Origin: an uncultured delta proteobacterium
GTDB lineage: Bacteria; Desulfobacterota; BSN033; UBA1163
Direction: 5' to 3'
Length of the DNA: 64,000 nucleotides
NCBI GenBank assembly: GCA_963765435.1
Contig: CAVXWK010000002.1
Span: 1,561,664-1,625,663 of the forward strand
In this document: positions 19,697 through 28,227 of the stretch, in pieces
Position numbering within the stretch: position 1 is the stretch's first letter
How the letters are laid out: every line of letters begins with the position of its first letter
Program-made: the position numbers and the translations under genes
Notes under the pieces: model-generated
Seen by the model: only the letters and a program-made list of their open reading frames with translations
Told to the model about the DNA's origin: nothing
The model's database searches: none

Positions 19697-20710
19697 TCAT
19701 GGACCGATTAATAAAGGATCGATGATGGCGAAGCTTCCATCCGATTCGAGGCGCAGGACTCTAAAGATAAGGGTATCATCACGGTTTTCTATCTCGCAGA
19801 AGTGGAAAAAACGAAGTTCGGGGCCGGAAAAGAGGTCTTGGTAGCGCCGCTTTCGGGGATCGATCATAACCTTGTGCCTCGGCCCACCTCCTCCCCCGGA
19901 GACAATGAAGAACTTATCTCCGATTTGAAAGCGCTCATAGGAATGACTGTGACCGCTGAAGAATAAGCGAGTCTTTTGGAACCGGAGAAAAGGGTCGGCA
20001 AAATAAACTTTGACTTTCTCGTTTGGCCCGACTACCCGGCTGTTGGTAAACGGTGGTTCGTGGCAGCAGACAATAACGAAAGCAACTTCCTTGTTCCTTT
20101 CGAATTTCTCAAGCTCGCCCAAATACCACTGAGACTGTCCCTCGATTTGTTCTTTCGTGAGGGTGGAGAAATTGGAATCAACCAGGATCAATCCCACATT
20201 CTTCCAGGTGAAACTGTACCAGCGTTTTTTATTAAGATAAGGGAAACGCTCGAAATAGTTCTGTAGCGCTTTCTCGTCATTGCCATAAAGCTCATGGTTT
20301 CCAAGGGTCGGAAAATACGGGATCTTTTTCTCACGAAATTCTTTGTGCATCTCGTCGAATTCATGCCAGTGTTTATCTGAACTGCCCCGAGTAGTAAGGT
20401 CACCGAGATGGACAACAAAGGCCGGTTCACGTTTAGTGATTTCATCAATGATTAGCTTTCGCTCCTTATCATTCCTTTCCCGCCAGAACTCCCAGTGACT
20501 TGTACTTTGTGTGTCCCCAACGATGAGGAAGCGATTTTTTGTTGCCTGGATCTCTGCAAAGCCAGCGTAGGAGGGGACTGACCGGGATTTTTGTTCCAAG
20601 GCTATTGCGCCGGCGGCCTCGGCCATTAAGAAAATACTTAACAACACTGCAAGAAGAATTGTGATTTCCATTATCAACTTCTTCATGGGTGACACACGAT
20701 TAATTTTCAC
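19697..20710 (-). CDS. Secreted calcineurin-like metallophosphoesterase
   Basis: Signal peptide present. Motifs: GDTQ, GDLTTRG, GNHE, CCHEPP, GHSHSYE. Confidence 0.8.
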   Translation of the reverse strand: MKINRVSPMKKLIMEITILLAVLLSIFLMAEAAGAIALEQKSRSVPSYAGFAEIQATKNRFLIVGDTQSTSHWEFWRERNDKERKLIIDEITKREPAFVVHLGDLTTRGSSDKHWHEFDEMHKEFREKKIPYFPTLGNHELYGNDEKALQNYFERFPYLNKKRWYSFTWKNVGLILVDSNFSTLTKEQIEGQSQWYLGELEKFERNKEVAFVIVCCHEPPFTNSRVVGPNEKVKVYFADPFLRFQKTRLFFSGHSHSYERFQIGDKFFIVSGGGGGPRHKVMIDPRKRRYQDLFSGPELRFFHFCEIENRDDTLIFRVLRLESDGSFAIIDPLLIGP

Positions 20711-20775
20711 TTTTTTATTAACCGCTCTATTTTTTGCAGAAACTTATCGAGGTCCTGATTCGCTTCCTCGTCCTT

Positions 20776-20803
20776 ACGAAGGATACCTAACGAAGGATAC
20801 CTA
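20776..20803. repeat. Perfect 2 x 14-bp tandem duplication (acgaaggataccta)
   Basis: Read directly at 20776-20789 and 20790-20803. Confidence 0.9.
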
Positions 20804-21012
20804 TTGCAATATTATCAGTACGGTGAATAGCGATTTTCCCTAAATATCCCCCTGTCGTAATGTACCGCCCGTTCACATTTTCAAATAGTACCCTAGAAAG
20901 AATGTCTTCTTCTACTCTCTCAAAAAAAATATGCACTTTTCGCAGACATAGTATTTTGGAGAACCAACTTGCACGCACGGCTGCTAAATGATATCACGGC
21001 CTTCCCCCGAAT

Positions 21013-21275
21013 TGATGGACACGCCTGAAAATTTGTATGATTGGGTAGGAGGTCCGTATGGAGGGAAGAGACGCCATTTCAGCCGTGGGTTCTAACGTCA
21101 TGCAGTGCAAATGGTTACGGAGAAAGGAATGTCGGTAGGTAAGGTGGCCAGAGAGCTTGATATTCATCCCAATCTGCTCCATCTATGGAGGAAGAAGTTG
21201 TTAGCTGAAGGGGATAGAGCTTTTGTCCGGAAGGGCCATGTCACGCCAGAGGAAGCGATAATAAAGGGGCTCCGG
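21013..21275 (+). pseudogene. IS3-family transposase orfA remnant (HTH part only, in-frame stop, 3' truncated)
   Basis: The frame beginning at 21060 reads GGKRRHFSRGF*RHAVQMVTEKGMSVGKVARELDIHPNLLHLWRKKLLAEGDRAF. This matches the IS3 OrfA pattern KRR.FS.EFK..AV.LV...G.SV..VAREL.I..N.L..W. A TAA stop lies at 21093. No orfB or DDE region follows. Confidence 0.55.
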
Positions 21276-21391
21276 ATCATCACAGCACAGACTTCTTCCT
21301 CTCTGGCCACGGTACTCTTACAACGATTAATAGTTTCTAATTTTCTGATGACTGCAATAATTCTTGACCGTTCTTTGAAATTAATAAACGG

Positions 21392-22465
21392 TTATTCAAT
21401 CAATTGTAAGATTCCTTGAAGTTTTTTATTGAGAAGTGCCGTATAATGAACACCTCCTTTGTAGGATAAGTGTAATGTATTTAGAAACTCTTCGTCGGGA
21501 ATAGATTTATATAGATCGATAAAAGAGATGCCTTCCCCTTCCAGGTGAGGTTTAAGATCGTCCTCGACCCATTTTTGATAATCCTTTCCCAGCTGCGAAG
21601 TACGGCTCCAGGATCCGCTATAGATATTCACGACGACGACATTCGTCTGGCAATGAAGTGTTTTTAGAAAGTTTTTGAAGTCTTCCGTAATCCTGCTTGG
21701 GATTTTGGCATTCCTCATGTATTGCTTCACTAGTTCTCCATAAATGCTGACGCGATTGGAGGGAAGTGTCGTATCACCATTAGTTTTTTGTATCCCTTGA
21801 AAAAGGCTTAAAATATTGCGTCGAATGTCTTTCAGGGTTTTGTAATTGACGCCGAATTGGGGGTCCGGACGACCGATACAAATTGTTGCTAAACTAAGGC
21901 GCATCTTTAAATTTCCAAGAACCCACTCTTTTCTCAAGTCGGACACGCTTCCATAGATAGTGAGATCATCGTTGACAGTATAAAAGTCAAAAAGCTCGAG
22001 ATATTGCTTCATGGGTATATCATCGGATGGCTTGTTTGCCAGGCTTGGCAATTCAATGGCGACGACCACTATATCCGTTTTGTTTAAAACATGGTTGCTG
22101 TATTTATTAAGATAATTGAGCAAAATAGGATACCCATCGGCGTTGTCGGCACGCGCAGCAAGATTTGAAAATCTCCAGCATGAAGGCAGGTGGAGTAACT
22201 CTGGAATCACTCCCACGACTGTGCTGGAGGCTCCCAACAAAATTATGTTATGGTTCTGTGCCAGGCGAAAAACATCACGGTAAAGCATATGGATTTCCCA
22301 GGGCAGTCCATTTCGTAAAGGATCCTGATAAATTCCGCCTGCAAGATATTTTTTATATTGCTCTCTGTCTATTCTCTCAAGAAATACTGTCGAGCAATAA
22401 AGAGAGATTGCATATAATATAAAAGTCACCAATATTGTTATTAATAATGGCTTGTAGGTCTTCAT
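21392..22465 (-). CDS. DltD-like extracytoplasmic acyl-transfer protein (single N-terminal TM, SGNH-like motifs)
   Basis: 357 aa with TM segment LLITILVTFILYAISLYCSTVF. ILLGASSTVVG resembles the DltD GSSE serine block. C-terminal NTLHLSYKGG resembles DltD D-T-x-H-L-G-W-K-G-W. It is the last gene of the MBOAT operon. Confidence 0.5.
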   Translation of the reverse strand: MKTYKPLLITILVTFILYAISLYCSTVFLERIDREQYKKYLAGGIYQDPLRNGLPWEIHMLYRDVFRLAQNHNIILLGASSTVVGVIPELLHLPSCWRFSNLAARADNADGYPILLNYLNKYSNHVLNKTDIVVVAIELPSLANKPSDDIPMKQYLELFDFYTVNDDLTIYGSVSDLRKEWVLGNLKMRLSLATICIGRPDPQFGVNYKTLKDIRRNILSLFQGIQKTNGDTTLPSNRVSIYGELVKQYMRNAKIPSRITEDFKNFLKTLHCQTNVVVVNIYSGSWSRTSQLGKDYQKWVEDDLKPHLEGEGISFIDLYKSIPDEEFLNTLHLSYKGGVHYTALLNKKLQGILQLIE

Positions 22466-22469
22466 GGTT

Positions 22470-22574
22470 TTAAAAATTTTGATAGAGTACGTAAAGTTTT
22501 GATTTAGAACCGAGGATGATCAGGATAACCAATATTTTTACAGAAAGCCATAGCAGACTGTACCAGTAACGCAT
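22470..22574 (-). CDS. 34-aa transmembrane micro-ORF with C-terminal VLYQNF (DltX-like acyl-shuttle microprotein candidate)
   Basis: Not in the ORF track. The plus strand reads cat at 22572-22574 (ATG on minus). GGAGG lies 6 nt upstream, directly after the MBOAT TAA. Translation: MRYWYSLLWLSVKILVILIILGSKSKLYVLYQNF*. Its stop is 4 nt before the next start. Confidence 0.45.
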   Translation of the reverse strand: MRYWYSLLWLSVKILVILIILGSKSKLYVLYQNF

Positions 22575-22585
22575 GAGACGCCTCC

Positions 22586-23791
22586 TTACGTTATTAAATT
22601 TAAAAGCGAGGTTGTCAGCTTTTTTATGTCATACTCGAAGAATAGAAAAGTAAAACAAACAAAGTGAATCGTTATCATTGTTTCAACAATGGTAACCTTT
22701 ATGTTCTTCCGATACAAATCGAACCGTTCCTTGCCCAATACCTTCAACATGGTATCCCGGTACATCATCGAAAGGGCCATGCCGGATCCATGAAGAAGGC
22801 CGAAAACGATAAAGTTGATCGTAGTCCCATGCCATACTCCGGCAACAAAAAAAGTTATAAAAATGCTGATATATTGTGCCAGATTGGGTGATTTTTTTAA
22901 ATATCCTGTAAGCAAATATTTGAAATGCGGCTGATAAAGGAAATCACGCAGCCATTCGGATAATGTAATGTGCCATCTATTCCAGAATTCGATCATGTTT
23001 CTGGCCAGGTAAGGACGATTAAAATTTTCCGGTATTGAAAATCCGGCCCATCGGGCAATCCCAATGACCACGTCACAGTATCCGGAAAAGTTGAAATAGA
23101 CATATAAAGGATAGAAATAAAATATCATCAAAAGGCCCGTCAGATGGGATTTACCCTCCAGAAGCCGATCGTACCCTGAATCAGCGATATCTTTAAAAAG
23201 AACCCCAAAAATAAGGATTTTCAGCAGTCCATTCACAGCACGGTGGAGTTGCTTTAAAATTTCGTTTTTATCGAGAAGCGGTGTCGCCTGGTAGAACGAG
23301 GAGGTAAAATCCTTGAATCTCTGAATCGGCCCCGCCATGATGGTATAGAAAGAAAAAAGGTAGTTCCCGTAGTCGATTGGGCTGAACTCTGTTAACATTC
23401 CGGCGCTGGAATGGACCATTACATCAAGCTGGCGGAACAGGATATAAGAAAGGCCGAGCGACTTGGTGAGGCGGAAGATAGACCGACCGACAATCGGCCG
23501 AATGATCCATGTGTAACCATTCAGATATATAAAAATGAATATTAGTAAAACGGTAAATGGCCATAAGGGAAGCTTCCGTCTCCGATTTCCGTAGATATAG
23601 AAGAGGGGGATCATCAGAAATATGACTATCCCGATAAGTTCCCGCCATGAATCGAGAGAGGCGGCGTATAGGACCAAACTGCAGATAAAAAAGAAGACTC
23701 CGCGGTAATGCCGCTCTTTGACCATAAAAATAAGAGGGGAGAGAAGAAGCAGTAGCAGGAACCAACCACTATCAATTGAGATTCTGATCAT
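22586..23791 (-). CDS. Membrane-bound O-acyltransferase (MBOAT; DltB/AlgI/PatA family)
   Basis: 401 aa and polytopic. Signature FWNRWHITLSEWLRDFLY and second His block FFVAGVWHGTTINFIVFGLLHG. Confidence 0.85.
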   Translation of the reverse strand: MIRISIDSGWFLLLLLLSPLIFMVKERHYRGVFFFICSLVLYAASLDSWRELIGIVIFLMIPLFYIYGNRRRKLPLWPFTVLLIFIFIYLNGYTWIIRPIVGRSIFRLTKSLGLSYILFRQLDVMVHSSAGMLTEFSPIDYGNYLFSFYTIMAGPIQRFKDFTSSFYQATPLLDKNEILKQLHRAVNGLLKILIFGVLFKDIADSGYDRLLEGKSHLTGLLMIFYFYPLYVYFNFSGYCDVVIGIARWAGFSIPENFNRPYLARNMIEFWNRWHITLSEWLRDFLYQPHFKYLLTGYLKKSPNLAQYISIFITFFVAGVWHGTTINFIVFGLLHGSGMALSMMYRDTMLKVLGKERFDLYRKNIKVTIVETMITIHFVCFTFLFFEYDIKKLTTSLLNLIT

Positions 23792-25434
23792 GAAATGCGT
23801 CTATACTCGGCGACAGCCAGACTGAACTGATTTATTAGCCTTTCTTTTCCTTCGAAACGACCAGCATTATCCTGACGCAACATTGTGTTGATGATATCTT
23901 GACAGTTTTTTATCATCTCCCAGGGGAAACCACGGTCCCTTAAATAAACAAGATACCAAAGACCCGGGTCAGGATCTACAAAGAGAGAACCATGTATTTC
24001 TTCGAACATTTTCAGCTTTAATTCGGATGCGGTCGTACTGGTCATCGTTTTATGCTTCCAGCGGTATCCTTCACCCTCGAGTCCGTATTCTGATCGTTTT
24101 TGAAAGACCGGCGCTGTGTGGAGATAATAGAACTCCTTGATCGAGAAAAAGTCAAGCTCTGTCTCCTCAATAAAGGAAACATTGCTTTGCACGGACTCTT
24201 CCGTTTCTCCAGGAAAACCAAGAATAAACATTCCAAATAGCGGGATATTGTTCTTTTTCATCATCGCGATCGTCCGCCTATAATCATCAACGCGCGCTTT
24301 CTTATTCATGTTTCTGAGCACTGTATCGCTGGCGCTTTCTAACCCTAGGTAAAGGCCGTCACATCCACTCTCTTTCATATCCCGTATAAGATTTTCATCA
24401 GCAAGCTGAGCGCGATAAAAAGCATACCACCGGAAGTCGTATTTTTTTAGGAGCGATACAATCTCTCGAAATCTGCTGACAGGAAAATTGAAGGTATCAT
24501 CCACAAAAACGATTGCTTCAACACTGTTCATATCACGGACTGCATCGAGTTGTTTCTCTATCTGTTCCATGGAACTATGATGAAAACCGTGTGCAACCGC
24601 AGGGTAGGAGCAGAACGCACACCGGAATGGGCACCCCGAGCTCGTTCGTATTTGAACTGTTTTTGAGGGGATATGATGATCGACAATGTCCTTATAGGGA
24701 AGAATCTTCGAAAGAGACGGTTTGTTCCAAACCGTCGGGGTGACCTTATATCGGCCTTCTCGATCGATATAAATAAGGTTATTAACATTGTCAAAAGTAT
24801 CCGTATCATTTTGAAGCGCTTGGGCAAAGGAAGCGATATCCGGCTCTGGGTTCAAGCTATGAAGGATACAGGAAATGCCGTATTTTCTCATGGGTTTTTC
24901 AAGGATGTCGGGCCCTTTTGTGAGGAACTGGTCGTTTACGAATGCACCGCCGAGGACAATCAAGGGATTCTGGATGTTCTCCTGGATTTTTTTTACCATC
25001 CTTCCTATCTCCGACCACTGGAGGATAAAGGTTGTAGAAATTCCTATGATCGGCAAAGACATGTGGGTGCTGTATTCGAGGAGAAGGTCCCATTCGGCAT
25101 CAAAATTATTGATTACCCTGCAGACCAATCCAGCCTCCATAAATGGGTGTATCGCAGTGATCCCATTGAGTCCAGGCATATTCCAGATACTGAAGAGAGA
25201 CCGTTTCTCTTCATATTGACCTTCATGGAAATATTTACCGAAAAGAACCTTGTTGAATAGATCCAGGTGTGAATGAAAACCGTTATCCCAATATACCATC
25301 CTGAGTTGTACCAGATTCCTGTAAAGATCGATACGATCGATGGGCATACGGCTGTATTGCTCGTACTGAACCACTTCTGACTGGGTGATCAGGATCAAAT
25401 CTATTTTTTCTGTTCCCATGATTCGTTTAGCCAT
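23788..25434 (-). CDS. B12-binding-domain radical SAM enzyme (class B-like)
   Basis: 548 aa. The N-terminal Rossmann-like region (PIIGISTTF...PLIVLGGAF) precedes SSGCPFRCAFCSYP (CX3CX2C). Its stop overlaps the MBOAT start (ATGA). Confidence 0.75.
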   Translation of the reverse strand: MAKRIMGTEKIDLILITQSEVVQYEQYSRMPIDRIDLYRNLVQLRMVYWDNGFHSHLDLFNKVLFGKYFHEGQYEEKRSLFSIWNMPGLNGITAIHPFMEAGLVCRVINNFDAEWDLLLEYSTHMSLPIIGISTTFILQWSEIGRMVKKIQENIQNPLIVLGGAFVNDQFLTKGPDILEKPMRKYGISCILHSLNPEPDIASFAQALQNDTDTFDNVNNLIYIDREGRYKVTPTVWNKPSLSKILPYKDIVDHHIPSKTVQIRTSSGCPFRCAFCSYPAVAHGFHHSSMEQIEKQLDAVRDMNSVEAIVFVDDTFNFPVSRFREIVSLLKKYDFRWYAFYRAQLADENLIRDMKESGCDGLYLGLESASDTVLRNMNKKARVDDYRRTIAMMKKNNIPLFGMFILGFPGETEESVQSNVSFIEETELDFFSIKEFYYLHTAPVFQKRSEYGLEGEGYRWKHKTMTSTTASELKLKMFEEIHGSLFVDPDPGLWYLVYLRDRGFPWEMIKNCQDIINTMLRQDNAGRFEGKERLINQFSLAVAEYRRIS

Positions 25435-25472
25435 TTTTTGAAAGACGGAGCGACATCCGATAGGAGCTATCT

Positions 25473-25718
25473 TCAGGCAAGCTTTTTGTGAATAAGGGAT
25501 ATGAATTCACCTACGTTTTTGAGCTCCATAATCTCTGCAGTTTTAAAGGTAACGCCGAACTCCTGCTCGGAGGCGACGACGAGTTGAACATGTTTCAGAG
25601 AATCCCACTCCTCAACATCTTCCGCCGTCATTTCATCAAATAATTCTATTTCTTCATTATCAAAAACATCACGGAACACATTCTGAAGGCGTGCTTTGAT
25701 TTGTGTCCGGTCTGCCAT
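25473..25718 (-). CDS. Acyl/peptidyl carrier protein
   Basis: 81 aa and acidic. The phosphopantetheine site context is EEWDSLKHVQLV (DSL). Confidence 0.8.
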   Translation of the reverse strand: MADRTQIKARLQNVFRDVFDNEEIELFDEMTAEDVEEWDSLKHVQLVVASEQEFGVTFKTAEIMELKNVGEFISLIHKKLA

Positions 25719-25720
25719 CT

Positions 25721-27592
25721 TTATCTCATTCTTTTCTTAAGTTCTATTTGATGAGGTCGATCTACAAAATCGGACACTTTCAGTCGGTAGACGATCCCGT
25801 CAGGATGGGCAAGAGCAAACCAACCGTTATTCGATCGTTCAAAGCCCAATTCCAGGTATAGATTTTTCACCAGGCTGTTTTTCTTCGTAGGAATATACTC
25901 GCCGACCATCCATTCGGATGCCCAGCTTTTTGCAGCCGCTCCTATCGCATTCAGTGCGGCATTCTCGACCCTGCGCTTGAGGACTCTGCAACTCATCACC
26001 CACGTATCAATAAAAGCGATGTCTTCGATTTTCTGAATGATGATCGACGATATGATTCCATAGCTTCCGAATTTATCTGCGAGGCTGATCGATAGGGGAA
26101 ACCATTCCTCCGGGTCTTCCCGCATCTGCTCCACCGCGGCCTCTGTATAGCGTTTCGTACGTAGGTTGAATTGATTGCTTTTGTTGATGAGTTGGGTAAA
26201 ACGCGGAGATTCCATGGATGAAATGAGACTAATTTCCCCTTTCATTTCCAGAGACTTGAGGTAAGAGTCATAATCGGCACAACTGACAGCAAGCTCCTGC
26301 CGCTTCTTGTCCATGATATAGGAGTCCGACCGTCTCATGTCTTCCTTGCTCAATTGAACCCATTCGAAACTACACGATCTTTCAAGAGCTCTCACAAACA
26401 GGGCGGGATCTTCCGGCACCTCGACAATCTCCACTTCGGGGAGAACCTGTCGAATAATCTCACGTTCGGCAGGATTGTCGTCGAAGAAGACAAGAGAATC
26501 GAGACCAATATTCAGTCTGTTTGCAATCTCTCTGAGGTTGCTCGCTTTATCGTTCCAGTTAGCCATAAAACAGGCGACATCATCGATTTTCAAAATCATA
26601 TCCGGGTGCTGTTCAAAAGGTGTCCTTGCGATTTCTTCATCGTTCTTGCTGCAGACCGCAACGATCACGCCTCTTTCCTTCAGTGTTTTAATGTACTTCT
26701 GAAAAGCGATATAAGCTTCACCCAGGGCATCGTTGGGACTCATATTAATTCCCTCAAGTCCATCATCACCGATAACCCCTCCCCACAATGTATTATCAAG
26801 ATCGAGCACAAGGCACTTTTTTGCTTTTCCTGCTTGCGATGCAATAAGACGAGAGATTGTATGGGCAACAAGCGATGCTGCGTCAAAGGAAAATCCTTGT
26901 TTACTCATAAAGTAATTCACGTCATCGAACCAACGGTACTTCCCGAAAGCCGAAGCGAGGTAGTCCATATCAATGTATGTCACATAAGGAGGTTTTTGAC
27001 GGATCAGTTCTATATTGAGAGCCCGAAGACAACTGGATGCCGAAAAGGGGTAGTTTCCTTCCAGGTTGCCCAGTTGACGGTAAAGGGGTAATATGAACAA
27101 GGTTTGGAAGATATGGCAGCCTTTTATTTTGGCGGCATTCTTCCAAATCCCCTGATAGTGTTGAACTTTTGCACCAATCCATCTATGAATCTCCTCTTCG
27201 GAAGCAAAGAGTTCAGGATAGTCTTTAATATCATTGTGGTGGGTCAAGATCAGGAGGATTTCCGGTTGGAAAGAAAATATTTGCGAATTCGGATCCATCA
27301 GCTCCGCAGTAATCGCATCATATTCTCCCTCGTAAAAAACCGGTGCGATGCCGTACCGATAGAGAAATAGTTTAAAAATACCTACATAGTGATGCGTGGT
27401 AAACGACCCCAGGATCCCGATCTTTTTTTTAACTAAAGTGCCGGAGTGTTTTTCGTAGAAAGTCTTTTCGACTTTGTTGAATTTGGAAGCAAGAGAAAGA
27501 AGTTCGCTTCCAGTCATGGAGAGCATTTTCTCTGATGTAAACAAATCCTCGAATAACTTTAGTCTTTCTTTTCCCTTGTGGGTTGTTTCCAT
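25721..27592 (-). CDS. FkbH-like protein (HAD-IIIC phosphatase domain + C-terminal acyltransferase-like domain)
   Basis: LVLDLDNTLWGGVIGDDGLEGI (DxDxT with the FkbH-typical LWGG), AVCSKNDE and FFDDNPAERE. The ATG at 27592 overlaps the MaoC stop (TAATG). An alternative upstream ATG lies at 27613. Confidence 0.8.
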   Translation of the reverse strand: METTHKGKERLKLFEDLFTSEKMLSMTGSELLSLASKFNKVEKTFYEKHSGTLVKKKIGILGSFTTHHYVGIFKLFLYRYGIAPVFYEGEYDAITAELMDPNSQIFSFQPEILLILTHHNDIKDYPELFASEEEIHRWIGAKVQHYQGIWKNAAKIKGCHIFQTLFILPLYRQLGNLEGNYPFSASSCLRALNIELIRQKPPYVTYIDMDYLASAFGKYRWFDDVNYFMSKQGFSFDAASLVAHTISRLIASQAGKAKKCLVLDLDNTLWGGVIGDDGLEGINMSPNDALGEAYIAFQKYIKTLKERGVIVAVCSKNDEEIARTPFEQHPDMILKIDDVACFMANWNDKASNLREIANRLNIGLDSLVFFDDNPAEREIIRQVLPEVEIVEVPEDPALFVRALERSCSFEWVQLSKEDMRRSDSYIMDKKRQELAVSCADYDSYLKSLEMKGEISLISSMESPRFTQLINKSNQFNLRTKRYTEAAVEQMREDPEEWFPLSISLADKFGSYGIISSIIIQKIEDIAFIDTWVMSCRVLKRRVENAALNAIGAAAKSWASEWMVGEYIPTKKNSLVKNLYLELGFERSNNGWFALAHPDGIVYRLKVSDFVDRPHQIELKKRMR

Positions 27593-28008
27593 TACAAACA
27601 CTTGACCTGACATTTACCTGAGGCGATGCTTTCCCCTGTTATATTGGAAAATTCCAGGGCGAGTTCGATCACCCTGACTGAAACGCTTATCGCAACGACC
27701 GTTGCGGTCAGTTGAATGGTGTCTCCGATATAAACGGGTTTTTCAAAATCGAACCTTTCAGAAAGAAGCATTACTTCCTGATGGCCCAAATCCATGCCGA
27801 CCAAAGTGGAGAGGAGCATTCCATAAATATTCCCATAGACCACGCGGCTCTTAAACCCTTTTCCCCGGGCATATTGATCATCGACATGAAGAGGATTAAA
27901 ATCGCCCGAAAGCCTTCCATACCGTTCCAGAAGTTCGGATGTGATCGCAAGGGTTCTGGTAAACTTTTCCCCCCTGGAAAATAAATTGAGTGGATCTCCG
28001 CTATTCAT
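27592..28008 (-). CDS. MaoC-like (R)-hydratase/dehydratase hotdog protein
   Basis: 138 aa. LSGDFNPLHVDDQYA is the MaoC hydratase motif. Confidence 0.8.
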   Translation of the reverse strand: MNSGDPLNLFSRGEKFTRTLAITSELLERYGRLSGDFNPLHVDDQYARGKGFKSRVVYGNIYGMLLSTLVGMDLGHQEVMLLSERFDFEKPVYIGDTIQLTATVVAISVSVRVIELALEFSNITGESIASGKCQVKCL

Positions 28009-28142
28009 CTAATTTATCGTTTATCGAACAAAAGGGATCAGGCATTTTAATCGAAGTATTTCATCTTCAATCACAGCCATCTTGCATGGATCAACATTGT
28101 TCTGCCACGCTTTTTTAAAAGATTTTCCTATAAGATTTTTTT

Positions 28143-28171
28143 AATATAAAAAAAAGGGGGTTCCTTGTCAA
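28143..28171 (-). promoter_or_regulatory. Near-consensus sigma-70 promoter for the MaoC-to-DltD-like operon
   Basis: The minus strand reads TTGACA (28171-28166), a 17-nt spacer aggaacccccttttttt, then TATATT (28148-28143). It lies about 135 nt upstream of the 28008 start. Confidence 0.55.
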
Positions 28172-28227
28172 GCAAGGGCAGGAGTCACATCTCTTTTGAA
28201 TATTAATACAAACGCGGTAATTCTTTC

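Noticed and set aside
21105-21419. 104-aa ORF as an intact transposase/HTH gene
   Set aside because: Only the first ~55 residues resemble IS3 OrfA. The upstream KRRHFS segment is cut off by an in-frame TAA, the tail is unrelated, and no orfB is present. It is treated as a remnant.
24673-27091. Plus-strand ORFs of 195 aa (24673-25260), 114 aa and 245 aa (26354-27091), opposite the radical SAM and FkbH genes
   Set aside because: They are antisense shadows of genes with clear catalytic motifs. Their composition is low-complexity and they have no start context.
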